Below, one piece after another: positions 50,495-62,570 of a stretch of DNA of 64,000 nt. The stretch lies in assembly GCF_018977255.1 (NCBI RefSeq), contig NW_024704742.1, forward strand, positions 33,978,001-34,042,000, written 5' to 3'. How positions within the stretch are numbered: the stretch's first letter is position 1; each line of letters begins with the position of its first letter. The position numbers and the translations under genes are program-made. The stretch comes from Callorhinchus milii. Its lineage: Eukaryota. A model generated the notes under the pieces. The model did no database searches. It was not told the origin of the DNA and saw only the letters and a program-made list of their open reading frames with translations.

Positions 50495-51130
50495 GAGTTG
50501 AAGTCACTTGACAGCACTCTCATCTCTGAAAGTTATGAGTTCAAGTCCTATGTGGGGATTTTGAACTCATAGTCTCAGCTGAAACAATGGTGAGCGTTGC
50601 ATTGTTGGAGGTGCTGCCCTTTGATTGAGATGTTAAACCAAGGGTTTGTGTACCTGGCCAGGTGGACACTAAAAATAATAATAATCATAATCCTTGCATT
50701 TGATATAGTGCTTTTCTCGTCTTCTAGGCGTCTCAAAGTGCTTCACAGAATATACTGTAGAATTGACTGTATATTTGTGGGCGAAACACGGCAGCCAATT
50801 GCGCACAGCAGTGTCCCACAAACAGTCGTGGATTGAAGTGACCAATTTTATTATTGATTTTTTTGAGGGATTATTATCAAGCATGCGGAGTAAGGAAACT
50901 CGCCCAGGGTTTCACCCTGCCGGGAACCGAACCCAGTTCTCTCGCTTGCAAGGCTAGTGCTCTAACTACTGAGCTACAGGACACCAGTTCCCAGGACACT
51001 AAACAGAAAGACTGTTCAGTGACCAAAAAGAGAAGGGAGTTTTACCTGATGTTCTGGCCAACAATCAGCGAGATATAATTGGTATTCACTTCATAGCTGT
51101 TTGTGAGACACTGCTGTGCACATGTTGGTA
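50495..51130 (+). mobile_element. Deu-domain SINE split by a young SINE
   Basis: Head and Deu core up to CAGGTGGACACTAAA; resumes AAAAGAGAAGGGAG...TGGCCAACAATC after the insert. Confidence 0.8.
50674..50985 (-). mobile_element. Young tRNA-Ala-headed SINE (short variant), full length, 10-bp TSD
   Basis: GGACACTAAA at 50664-50673 and 50994-51003; anticodon loop CTTGCAA. Confidence 0.92.
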
Positions 51131-52254
51131 TTGGCAGTGTTTTGACAAGGTCCGTCTCTAGCATATCAGCGTGAATCTTATTCAATACGTCAGGGATTTC
51201 TAATTTTAAATTGCAGGTTAGACCACACTGTTAAAAAGAATGCCATTATGCATTTCCAACTGCAGCACTCGGCCTATCACTGAAGGAGTCACAGTGTGAC
51301 ATACTGATTAGAACACTAGCAACTCGTCTGCTCTTTGTAAACATTTTTATGTTTCATTTATCACACCCCTCTCCATCTACCATCATGTCGCCTGCTTTAA
51401 GAATGAATTATAACAACGTTAACAATCCTTATCTTGACATCAGTAGGTGAGGAGTGACTGAATAAGAGGCCCAATATTAGCTTGATGATTACATAGTGTT
51501 TGCTCCTACTTTAGCCTCCAATCGCCAGCTACTAACAGCAGCTATAAACAGAGATCTGCAAGTAAGACCCTAATCTTAAAGTCAACTAAAGTAATCTTAT
51601 TCTGTGATATGAGCATGAATGAAATGCCATTTATACTACAATAACAAACTATTGAAGATGCTAACAGCAGTGTGTATGGGCCCATTTGGCAAGAGCCTGA
51701 AAAGTACTAATCCTCTAACAATATAAAAGCCATAGTGATAATCTCACGCAGGGGTTGTTCCAATTGATCTGTTTGTATAAAATTGGGTCTGGGCAGTAAG
51801 GTGTGATTCATCAGTGCCACATGAAGGTCGCCATATCAGCTATTAAGTGAATGATTAGCAGTGTAGAGCTAAATGATTCCAGGCATTCCAGATTCCTTAC
51901 ATTAGCCAATACAATCTACCCTACCCTGTCGTTAAACCAATGTTTCCCCTTCAGATCCTTCCATGCGCTTTGGTTTCCTTCAATACCATAAGCCAAACAT
52001 CAGTTTCATCAGTTTGAGTTGCACAATTTTTCATGTTTACATATAAAGGAGCTTGAGCTTAAGATGGTATTTGAAAATTAGAACCATTTCCACTGATGGG
52101 AAGCAGGTGGTTAGGTAGTTGGATGGAAAAATCATATCAGTTGTTTTGTGAAAACAGATTTATTCTGGTGAGCCACTGTTGTCTGCTCACTTTCAATCTA
52201 ACAAGCAAGATTGTATAGTTAGATAGTCCTGTTTATATCCTTTACTTTAGCAAC

Positions 52255-52680
52255 AGCCTGACTTAGTTGGGAACATGCTCAGCTCTGAGCCAGAAGGTTG
52301 TGGTTTCAAGCTGCAGGTCGAAACTCTGAACTCACATGTCTGACACTCCAAGGCAGTGTAGGAGTGTGCTGCACTGTTGGAGGTTCAATCATACAGATGA
52401 GACATTAAATCAAGGTCTTGTCTGCCTGTTCAGGTGGTTGGTAAAGTTCGCATGGGACTATTTGAAAAGAGAAGAGAGATTCTCCGAATGTCCTAGTCAA
52501 TAAATCCCCAGATAAAATTGGTTATTCTCTTCATGGCTATTTGTGAGAGATTGCTGTGCAAATTAGCTATCATGTTTGCCTGCAACATATATTGTCACTA
52601 CACTTGACAATAAATACTGTGAAACACTTTTAAGCATTTTGATGACATGATAAGGTTCTATATCAAATATTAAGCTTATT
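52255..52680 (+). mobile_element. Deu-domain SINE, full length
   Basis: Head, GTGCTGCACTGTTGGAGG, TGTCTGCCTGTTCAGGTGG, tail TATATCAAATAT. Confidence 0.85.
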
Positions 52681-53086
52681 TGTATTCATATTCACACTCC
52701 ACCCCAATTTTTCCTTTCACCTTCCCAAACTTGCTTACATCCCTCACATTTCTGGTGGGCAGGATGATCTGAACCATTGATTTCGTTCTAAGAGCTGCCA
52801 AACCCACTCCATAAATGGTGCTCAGGAAATGTGCTTATGGAAGTGTGAGTAGTCCTATGATATGTCAGTTTACCAGATCCACCAATGCATAATTGTGAGT
52901 TTCTCAATGTACTCCACACAGTCCAGATTTGTATGTTTTTCTCTTAGGGATGGTAGAGTCCTCCCTCCGAACATACCACATGTCTGAGTCATTCGATCAC
53001 CACACAGGCATTTCCTATTTTTCCTGCAAACAGGGAAGTGATGTTAATGATGACCTGATGATCTGAACTGCAGTCTTTTTTAAGCA

Positions 53087-53219
53087 GGAAGCTACAATGG
53101 CTGACTTTCAGGCAATTAGAACATTGCTCATGTTACTTCCTGCATTGCACATGTCTAGAGAAGCAGGAAGTAATATGAACTGCGACTGAATGACCCAGAA
53201 GTTGGCTATTTTAGCTTCC
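53087..53219. repeat. Ungapped inverted repeat with 57-bp arms and a 19-nt loop
   Basis: 53087-53143 versus reverse complement of 53163-53219: 39/57 identical, no indels. Confidence 0.8.
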
Positions 53220-53392
53220 CAAACTAAAACCTAGTGCAAAAAGTTGGTTGCCTGGATGGATGTGAGTGAACCAATTGCACGGATGTATAATGTATGAGGT
53301 CCTCAATGAAATAGTATTATAAACAAATTCTCACTATAGGGAAGCACGTTATGGTGGGGCTGCACTGTATTAGGGGCCAGCTTCTAAGGTGT

Positions 53393-53660
53393 CACATTGA
53401 CTTAATTGGTGGTACTGTTGGATCAAAAGATTATGGGTTCAAGCCCATGACAGGATTTAAACATTTAATCTAGACTAACATGCCACTGAAGTACTTGCTG
53501 TCCTTTGGATTGGATGTTAAACTAAGGTCCTCTCCAGCTGTTTTTGGATGGACATTAAAAATCCCATCACATTATTCAGAAAGAGAAAAGAGTTTCTCTG
53601 GATGTCCTAACAACAATCCTCCAGATAAAATTGGTCATTTATCCATTATTGTTTGTGGAT
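53393..53660 (+). mobile_element. Deu-domain SINE
   Basis: GGGTTCAAGCCC, GATGTTAAACTAAGGTCC, GGACATTAAAAATCCC, AAAATTGGTCATT. Confidence 0.75.
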
Positions 53661-53909
53661 TTTGACCTCATTGCACTTGACAGTAATTATATATGAATTG
53701 ATAAGAAACTATAAAAATGCAAATTCCTCCTTTTGCCTCTCGAGATTGCCCTGTAAGAAAAATGGCAATCTGATACTCTTCTGTACTATTTCTCTATTAT
53801 GCACACATTATAGACTGGCTTTTTTCCCCTTTGTTTCCCTTTCAATTATTAAATCCATTTGCAAAATCCATTCAACATTGTTGGCCCATAGATCTGTTGA
53901 AACAAAATA

Positions 53910-54140
53910 CTATACAGAATATTACAACGTTGACAGTACAGATGCTCATTTGGCTCCATAGTTTGGTGCTAGCTCACTAGAGCTGACTACTTTAATCCAT
54001 TCCCCTGCTCTTTATCCATAACTTTAATATTTTGTATTCAGTATTTATCCAGTTTTCCTTTAAATGGTGCCAAGGACTTGACTTCAATAGCCATTTGTGG
54101 TAATGCATTCCCTAATCTAACAACCCGGTGTGCAAACTAT
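53910..54140 (-). mobile_element. CR1 LINE 3' end
   Basis: TATTTATCCAGTTTTCCTTTAAA (reverse FKGKLDKY); GGTAATGCATTCCC (reverse NALP). Confidence 0.65.
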
Positions 54141-54789
54141 ATAGACATATTCTACCTGTTTTTGTTGCTGAGCCTAATTGTATTTTTGTTATAAAGTAAT
54201 ATACACTATATGTCGGATATTGCCCAACTCAACAATAAAAATGAAATGTTAAATTGATGTTAATAATATGAATACTACAGACAATTTAGGGGAGAAGGAG
54301 AACATGTGATATGTGGTGGGATGATTATATCAAATGCCAAATATTATATCAAGGTGCATTATTTTTTAACCTCAACCTTTAATTCAACCTTTTATTTTAG
54401 CCCCTTTGCCCCCAGAGAAATAAACTCTATATTGAGAACACTTTAGGAGATACAGTTAATATTGTGCACCTTTCCTGGGAACAACAACAAGAGTACATTT
54501 GTATAGCGCCTTTCACGTCGGGAGGACGTCCCACCATTGGATTGCTGGTACAGTATTACCTGTGAAAGTTGTTGACTGCAGAACAATACTATAATGATTT
54601 GACACCAATTCCACTGACCCATTTAACACTAAACAAATACTCCATTTTATTACAGATATTGATGTAAGACCTCCAGGCACCAGCCACCTTGTTTACAATT
54701 GCTCTGACCATCTGCCAGACTCTAAACCTTATATACAGTAGTTTTAAAATAATAATAGAATGCAAAACTGAGATCCAACCAGCCAAAAT

Positions 54790-55030
54790 AATCCTCATGT
54801 GTTTTTACGACCAGGGCTCATTAAAGTGAACAAAATACATTATGAATTAATAAACGCATAATAATTAGTAAGTAGCACAATATTTTTTCAATAGCAACAG
54901 ATTTTGATTGTGGAAAGTTTACTATGCAGAGCAATTCGAGCTATTGATAAGTGTCTGATGATATAATTTTGCTTCATGTAACATTGATTTGTATGAACAG
55001 TGCTGTATGAATGCAAGCGACTGTATCTGA
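54790..55030. promoter_or_regulatory. Candidate conserved non-coding element
   Basis: AT-rich block with no repeat recognised, clustered ATTA/TAAT homeodomain cores and a TGATAAG site. Confidence 0.45.
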
Positions 55031-58000
55031 GTTGATATTGTGGCTGGATGAAGCCACCTCCCCTCCCATGTTGTCACAATGTTTGGCCATCAAAGATCTC
55101 ACACTCCAAATGGTGGGAAGTAGAGGATTTAATCAACTAAAAATCTGGCTTAACACAGCTGGTTTCTTATAAGAGCAGCTTCAGATGCTGTCCTCTAAAT
55201 TGATATACAATATGTAATTTTATCTCTGTCCACACCAAAACAAAGATAGCGGTCAATATGCCCTATGGAGCAAACCATTGTGCCAAAGCTTTGGGGTGGT
55301 AAGAGCTAGAAACAGTTGATAATTACTAACTGAAATTCCACTGTTTAATAAAAACTAATCTTAGGTACCCATCCAGCACTGCAATTGCGTTTTCGGACAG
55401 CCTCCACATGTAAAAGGCACTATATATTCTAAGCATAAATTGTATTGTATCACACCTAAATCTATTGTAAAATGTCACAATTTCCCCCCCACAAACTCAT
55501 GGAACTTAAATACTGCTTATAACCGGTGAGCATGGTTTGCTCCTTTGGTTGAAGCAAGAGCATATGACTCCCATTCAATTGATCCAGGGCACATATTTAC
55601 TATCATTGTGGTTGGAAGTCCTCATTTTATTCCATAGGCAAATAGGCCCAAGCACTTCAGGAAGAAAAATGTGTCCCGAACTGGCAATTAGCAGCAATGC
55701 AGAACACATGTGAGACTCATTCTGCTTCAGAAGTACTCAGTGGGCCCAATGTTATTCTACCTCTGGAGACATAACCACAGAGTGAATTCTGTGTCTGGTA
55801 TACAGATGCTAAGTAGAATTATGGGTGTATCTTACTTCCCTCGCGAAACAAGATACAATTTTTGTTACTTTGTACATTAAAGGGGGGCAGGCAAGGCTTA
55901 GGACAAGTGAGCATTTTTGTTGTAACATATAATGTAATTGTAAGTGAACATTTCTCTGTTCTTGGACGTTAGTATTTATAGTTGAATGTCCTTCTTAGCA
56001 ATTTCAATCATTATTTATTATCTTCTTTAAGATATCACTGATAGCGAGATAGTACCTAAAGGTCTATGGATTGCAATGGTGTTAGGAGGTACAGATGCAA
56101 ACACCAAAGGAACGTAATAAAGCCTGAGATAATTGACTGAGAATGAAGCAGTCACATGTCCAACTTGGGAACTGAGTGTTAACATGTAGTTTTCTTTATG
56201 GTGCATCACATTAATATAATGGAGGTCTTTGAAAAGAATGAGGTTGAAAATGTTCTATTGAAATTGCACCATTCACAACCAAATTCACAAAAAAGTGAAA
56301 ATCGCATGATTCTGAAGAGTGGCAAAGGGCTGTTTTATGGACATCATTTTGTTTTCAGACTTTTTAAACAGATTCCCCAGCTATTTACTGTCTTCAGGAC
56401 TGCATCTTTTTGAGTAAAATTGTCAGCAAATTGCACAAATTCAGTCACAATTTTGAATTGCCAAATTTTCAACCACAATGTAGGCTATTGGATTATCACT
56501 GCATTCTACAATTTCCACCTGTAAGCAACTTATGGCACACAAGACTTCAGAGAAGACAGAAACTGTGTTGCATTTTTGCCTCTCCAGTGCTGACTCTGCA
56601 CATCTACTTATCTATGAGAATGGATGAGTTTGCAACCTCCGAGCAACAATTTTTCAATGACATCTTTAATGCCAGTGGACATGGTTCCCTGGATAAAGCC
56701 TGAGACATTGCCTTACAGGAGATTGAAATGTTCCAATCTGAAAGTAATTCATAGGAGGTCTGATCTTCACAGCTACGCTCAAGCAGGTCTAGTCACAGAA
56801 GAAAAATCACAGAAATAAGAGCATTTCAGGAATGATACTATAGGCTCATAATAATCATTGCAAAGCAGTGGCTTGGGTCCTGTTAAGACACAAAGTTGTT
56901 TTACGGAAACGACTAATAAACCATTTTCAACACTTGCCTTCATTGAATGTACAATCTCAGCAATTGCTGTAACTGAGTAGTCTGCTTTTCATGTTCTTAA
57001 TTTTTCTTTTCTGTAACTGGGAAAGCCTTAGTTTTTCTTTAAAGCTATATTGGGTATCCATCTTACCTTCACATTATGAGATCAGTGAATGTTACCACCT
57101 TCTCCACACAGAGCAGCTTTGCAGGCGGCTGCTCTACCCAACATGTGGCAACTCACACAAATCAAATGTGGAGAAAGGAGGGCTGTGGATTAAGTCTGCA
57201 TTAACCCGTCATAAACAAAACAGCTGGAACCCACTACCTCGAAATGACTGGGAGTCAAAGGTCATGTCATGTATCCAAACTCAGTATCTTGCTAGAGTGC
57301 GAGGTGTGTGATTGGTCATAAACTTAGGAATCACAGTCAACAGGAGTTGGCTAAAAGCATTTGCATTATCCTTACCTCTCTGGTATTCCTAGCCTTTTAG
57401 TTGGGTCTGCCTCATCTGTAACAATTTAAAGCTAATACTAGATTGACATTATCACGATTGAAAGTTTAATTAAATAAAAACTGCATAATGGGTTGTCCCA
57501 TGCCCTTGTTTGGTGATTTCTGGTAGTACATATTTTCAGAAAAATATTAAATGCTTGAAGAGAAACAATCTAAAGGTACAAGAAAAGTGATGGAATTTGA
57601 GATCACAGTATACATCTCTCATGGAGGAGCTAGCACCAGCATAAGCTCATCAAGCCAAAGGAACTCCTTCTGAGCTATAATATCTGAGACTCTAAAATTT
57701 CATAATTAAGAACCAATATTGTGAATTATCTCAGAAACCGAATAACCCACTTGTGTGATTCATATTGCATTTGGTACTTGTTTCATTCTTGCTGGGTAGC
57801 ATTTAAAGGGAAAATAATCACTGTTTTGGATGGAAAGATGTTGCTATCTCACACTTGTTCACAAGTGATATAATGACATTTTCATGGCATAAATACAATT
57901 TCAGCCAAGAGTAGCCCATTGCTCCATCTTGTTTACACGTCCAAAAAGATATTTAAATATTCACAGATGGAACTGTGTCCCAACAAAGACAATGATGCTC

Positions 58001-58044
58001 ATATGATTGAGTTCTAATTTGTGGTGTTTCTTCTTTAATAAGCG

Positions 58045-58430
58045 CCTTAAATTTCATTTATATAGAGCTTTTCATGTTGGCAAGATGTCTCAAAGTGTTT
58101 TACACAACCGATTGGGTATACCTGGACCAGGGAGAAGGGGGAGCTGAAAAGGATGGTGGGGCGGGGGGGGGGGGGGGGGAAGATGACCAGGGACTCAGTC
58201 AAAGAAGTAAATCTTTAAAAGCAGGCTTTAAAAATGGGGAGAGAAGAGGCGAGTTGGAGGGGTTCAAGGATGGAGTTCTGAAGGGTGTGGGCAGAATGGC
58301 TGAAAGCTTACACACCAATAATGGGGCACAGTGGGCGGGATACATGAAGCAGGCTGGTGTTCTCTAAGTCAAGAGAGCATCTGGGTTGGCAGGTTGCAGG
58401 AGACTGTGTTGGAGTGGAGTTCCCGTGGAT
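58045..58430 (-). mobile_element. L2 LINE 3' end
   Basis: Reverse strand AGCCTGCTTCATGTATCCCGC...GCTTTCAGCCATTCTGCCCACACCCTTCAGAACTCCATC (AFSHSA..L.NSI); tail at left. Confidence 0.75.
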
Positions 58431-58439
58431 TGGATCGAA

Positions 58440-58850
58440 AATTCCCTCTTGCCCATACCAAACTCCGCATGCGCAGCACTCTCTTCTGGCTCCCTGACTC
58501 TGAAAGGATCAATTTCAGAGCTCTCTGAGCTGCCTGTAGCCCATTCCTTTGCCCACTCCCTTCGCTCAGCTGGGACAAGTTTGCGGCGTATCTTCTGACC
58601 TCTGTGCCATCATCGGTGGCCATGCTTTCAGTCACTACACTCCTAAACTCTGGTACACCTTGCTTCAATCCATCTACATCAATGCTCTTTATCTATCTTT
58701 AAATCCCATGTTATGATTTACCTCTTCAACCGCACCTATAGTCACCCCACCCCTTCTCCCTTGCTTGGTGTCCAACCCCATTACTTTGCAGCGCTCTGAA
58801 ACGGTACCTTGAGTGAAGGGCACTATATAAATGCAAGTTGTTGTTGTTGC
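58440..58850 (+). mobile_element. L2 LINE 3' end
   Basis: LFWLPDSERINFR; IGGHAFSHYTPKLWYTL; tail GGCACTATATAAATGCAAG(TTG)n. Confidence 0.82.
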
Positions 58851-59782
58851 TGATGTTGGCATGTTGTACTTCTGGATAATCAAGTCTGCATTATCATGAA
58901 TATGATTCCTTATTCATCCCATCAGCTCTGGAGTGCGCAATCCCTTTCATCCTGCTTACCTATGCCCAGAGAAGACTTGTGGGTTTGCTGAAGCCAAGAC
59001 ATCCATGATCCTAAAGTGTACAAAGAAGTAATACTGGAATTTAAACAGCTAAAGCGAAGCAGCTGCCCAGTGAAAGGCACTGATAAACTTCTTACTGCTT
59101 GCCCATCTTGGACCACTCTATCTGTTAGGGTTGTCTTGCCGGGTTATCGGGTGTTGAGTGGAAAATCCTATTCCCCAGTGACACGTCTATCACTTGAAAT
59201 AAGCCAGACAAATTGGTCAAACATCAACAGTGTCCTGAAGTACTGTGGATCTGCCTGGCTCACTGCCTCCTCCAGAGACCTAAGTTAGCACTGCTCTGTG
59301 TCACACTAAGATTTACAAGCATTCTATAACAATGCAATTGGGATGTACATTAAAAGCACCTAATCCCAAACTGGAGGCTATATTCAGTTAATTAAATTTT
59401 AAGGTACCAGACGTATTTTAAAGATTTCTCATAAGTATTATGTAAGTAACTTCATGTGTATTAGAAGTGAAAATCATATGGCATGGTTGCATGATGGATA
59501 TATGCAGAAAACAAAAAAAAAGACAACACAATTTCTGTAATATTAAATAGAAATTAGGCCTTTAATAGGTTAAAAGAAGAAATGTCATTTTCACATACTA
59601 AAACCGGCATTTTATTCCTGTGTGAAGCTATTGCTACTGCCGGGAGCACAGTGTTTTTATAAACACTGTTCTCGAATTTAGATGTCAAATGTGAAGTTAC
59701 AAGAGCCTGAATTATATTAGATTTCTGTTTGTCTGCACACTGGTTAACTGCACATTCCCCTAACTGCGTTTAGTGCTGTGCC

Positions 59783-60198
59783 TAATAATTATTACATTTG
59801 TGCATTTGATATATTGTTTCAAAGTGCTTCACAGGATTTATTAAGTGTATGGATCGAGTAATTGTAGACAAACACGGCAGACAATTTACATACACCAATA
59901 TCCCACACACAGTCATGAAAAGAATGATCAATTCCATCTGGGAGATTGGTGCCCAGGATGCTGGGACAAACTCCCTTCTCTTTTCAAATACAGCCATGGG
60001 ATCTTTATTGTCCATCTGATCAGGCAGATAGGGCCTCAGTTTAACAACTCATCCAAAGGACAGCATCTCCAAAAATATAGTGCACCCTCAGCACTGTGTT
60101 GGGGTGTTAGACTAGGCAATGTTAGTTCAAAGTTCCAACATAGGATTTGTACCCACATCCATCTGACGATGAGATGAGAGTGATACCAATTGACACCT
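59783..60198 (-). mobile_element. Deu-domain SINE, full length
   Basis: CCATGGGATCTTTATTGTCCATCTG...GGCCTCAGTTTAACAACTCATCCAAAGGACAGCATCTCC. Confidence 0.85.
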
Positions 60199-60270
60199 AA
60201 AATACATTTGTGCATACACAGAAACAAGTAGAAAGACAGAGAGAAGGGGGGGGGAGTTACACACACACAT

Positions 60271-60414
60271 ACAATTTGGAAGCTATTTTGACAATTCTTA
60301 AAAAAGACCAGCTTCCAAATTAAGACTGAATTTATGAATTTCTTCACAATTCTACCAATCTTTAATTTTAATTAATTTTAATTTTTTGTTGAAGACTAAG
60401 TGGAATATCAGACC
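60271..60414. mobile_element. Palindromic MITE-like family copy, partial
   Basis: AATTTGGAAGCTA / ACCAGCTTCCAAATTAAGACTGAATT. Confidence 0.55.
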
Positions 60415-60839
60415 TCAAATATCTCTACTCTTTAATACAAATTACTTTATTAGTTAGCACCAAGAAACTGGTGAATCTACTGCAATGAAGATTCAGCAAT
60501 TTGAAATCAAATAAGGAGAAGCACATTCTGGGATATTCATTTAGCAACTGTGGAGCATGGAATTAAAGTGACTTCTCTCATACCAATCCCACCAACAAAT
60601 GCCCAGTGCTGAATTATTTCTATCCCTGAATGAATTGAATCTATTATTGAACAGTAATTTCCACAGTCAGAGGACAGGTAGCAGGTCCAAAAAATCAGCC
60701 AGAATTTATAAAATGATGCTTTCATGTCCAGGAATTAATTATTAAAATCTTATTTCCTGAAATGGCCAGAAATACAGCGTATTGTGTTAAAGTTGGATAT
60801 TTTGTGACGACCAGTTTTCTAATCTATCCACGAAGGTCA

Positions 60840-61290
60840 CTTTTAAATGAAAAGGGCTAATTGCTGTTCAGTGACCCCTGCTGGAAAATTGGATGAGGAA
60901 AAGATTCGGCTCAGTGGTGACATTCCTCACGGTTGAATAACCCACTGACATTCGTTGTCTTACCAGTAGCATAGTAACAATATCAGACAGAACGATACAT
61001 TGGTCTTTCTAGCCTACTCATCTGATTTACCAAAAGATTCTTTCAATGTATCTGCCTTTAAATTTAATCTAAATAAATTTAATCTTCAAGCACTCTGGGG
61101 CCCTACCCTGCATGAGGCGGCTACATAAATGCAAGATCTTGTAAATAATAAAGTTGGTCATTCACTTCATTGGCTGCCAAGTTTGTCTTTAAAAATGCAG
61201 TCACTACACTGTGCAGTGGATCAGTGAAGGACTTTGAGAAATCTTTGTGAGGTAAAAGGCACTATATCAAATCTAAGGATTATTATTATA
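60840..61290 (+). mobile_element. Cluster: family-C repeat (60840-61000), L2 tail (61090-61140), SINE 3' half (61145-61290)
   Basis: CAGTGACCCCTGCTGGAAA; CTACATAAATGCAAG; GGCACTATATCAAATCTAAGGA(TTA)n. Confidence 0.65.
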
Positions 61291-61849
61291 ATCTAGGCTA
61301 ACACACGATGAATGATCATCGTCCTCATGAAATGATAGCTCAGCATGAATCAGTGTCTTCAGAAGAGAAGGGGAGAAAATTGAAGGTGGTGGTTGGGTGC
61401 GGTGGGGTGGGGGGCGAGTAGAGATACTTGTCCAGGATTGTGCATGTTCCCGTGGAGCTGTGAATCAGTAACACTCCAAACCAACAAACAAGGCCTTGAG
61501 TAGTGCAAATCCAACCTAATTTTATGACAGTAAGATATACCTGTTTATCCACATGATTGCCAGCACTCTGCGCTGTTTATACATAAATGTGGATCAGTAA
61601 CGCAACACTTCACAACTCTCATGTCATTCCTCTGTTTAATCTAAGGATTACAGCAGATCTGGAGGTCATACTTGAAATTTAAATGTTAGTACAGGCAACC
61701 GTGAGATTACTATAAACAATCTGTTGACTTTTGAAAAGTCCAAGCTCTCTGAAATCAGTATCAATCATATTTCTTTGATGGTCTTGCCGCAAGAAGCTAT
61801 TTAAACACACTAAATGTAATACCGTAACTTCAGGAGGCTGGGAACTCCA

Positions 61850-62054
61850 CTTAACGTTAGCCTGCAAGACCATTTTGTCTTGGAATTTAAGATTGCCCAA
61901 AATTGCAAAGAATATACAAATTCAGACTGAATTCTGAAGCCAGTTTGTTTTAAGAATTATGAAAGAACAGCTTCTACAAAACAGAATTGAAGAATGTTCC
62001 ACATTAATGTACAATTTTAAATTTAAAGACAATATGATCCTACACCTTAAAACT
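61850..62054. mobile_element. Palindromic MITE-like family copy
   Basis: ACCATTTTGTCTTGGAATTTAAGATTG versus reverse complement of the right arm ATCATATTGTCTTTAAATTTAAAATTG; inner GAAGCCAGTT / AACAGCTTC. Confidence 0.65.
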
Positions 62055-62209
62055 GAGTGAAATTTAGCGCTTAATACATATATTTGACTGCTAGTAATAT
62101 CAAATAACCCCTTGCTTTAGTTATGTTTCATCTTCAACATATTTTTAGTACTTTTACATCCATGACCATTTCCCCCACTTATTCATTACACAACACAACA
62201 TAATCCTTT

Positions 62210-62570
62210 TTTTGTATCTCAAGTGCATATCCGCTCAGAAGATCATGACTATATACAAGCACCACATTGTGGGAGTTGCTGTCCTTTGGATGAGACATTA
62301 AACTGATGTTCGCTCTGCCTTCAATATTAAAGTGGATATTAAAATTGCAGGGCATTGTTTAAAAAGAGGAGGGAGTTACTCTCAGTAAGTATCCTGTAAG
62401 TAAACTGCTCATTCACCTCCTGGCTGTTTGTGGGCCATTTGATATGAATTTGTATTTATGGGATGTTGTATTGAAGAATCCTATTAATAAATATAGCAGA
62501 CAGCTTCCAATATTTACAAAATAGTATGAATCAGGGAGAATTTTGTTTCTCCTGGTGTCCTGGCAAATAA
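62210..62570. mobile_element. Deu-domain SINE fragments (+ 62210-62385, - 62400-62460, + 62530-62570)
   Basis: CTGTCCTTTGGATGAGACATTAAAC; GTGGATATTAAA; TTTCTCCTGGTGTCCTGGC; orientation of the later pieces is uncertain. Confidence 0.55.

Noticed and set aside
4866..50957. Recurring short ORFs such as MGKFPYST... and ...KHFETS...YIKCKDYYYY as a peptide gene family
   Set aside because: They are translations of SINE copies, with inconsistent frames between copies.
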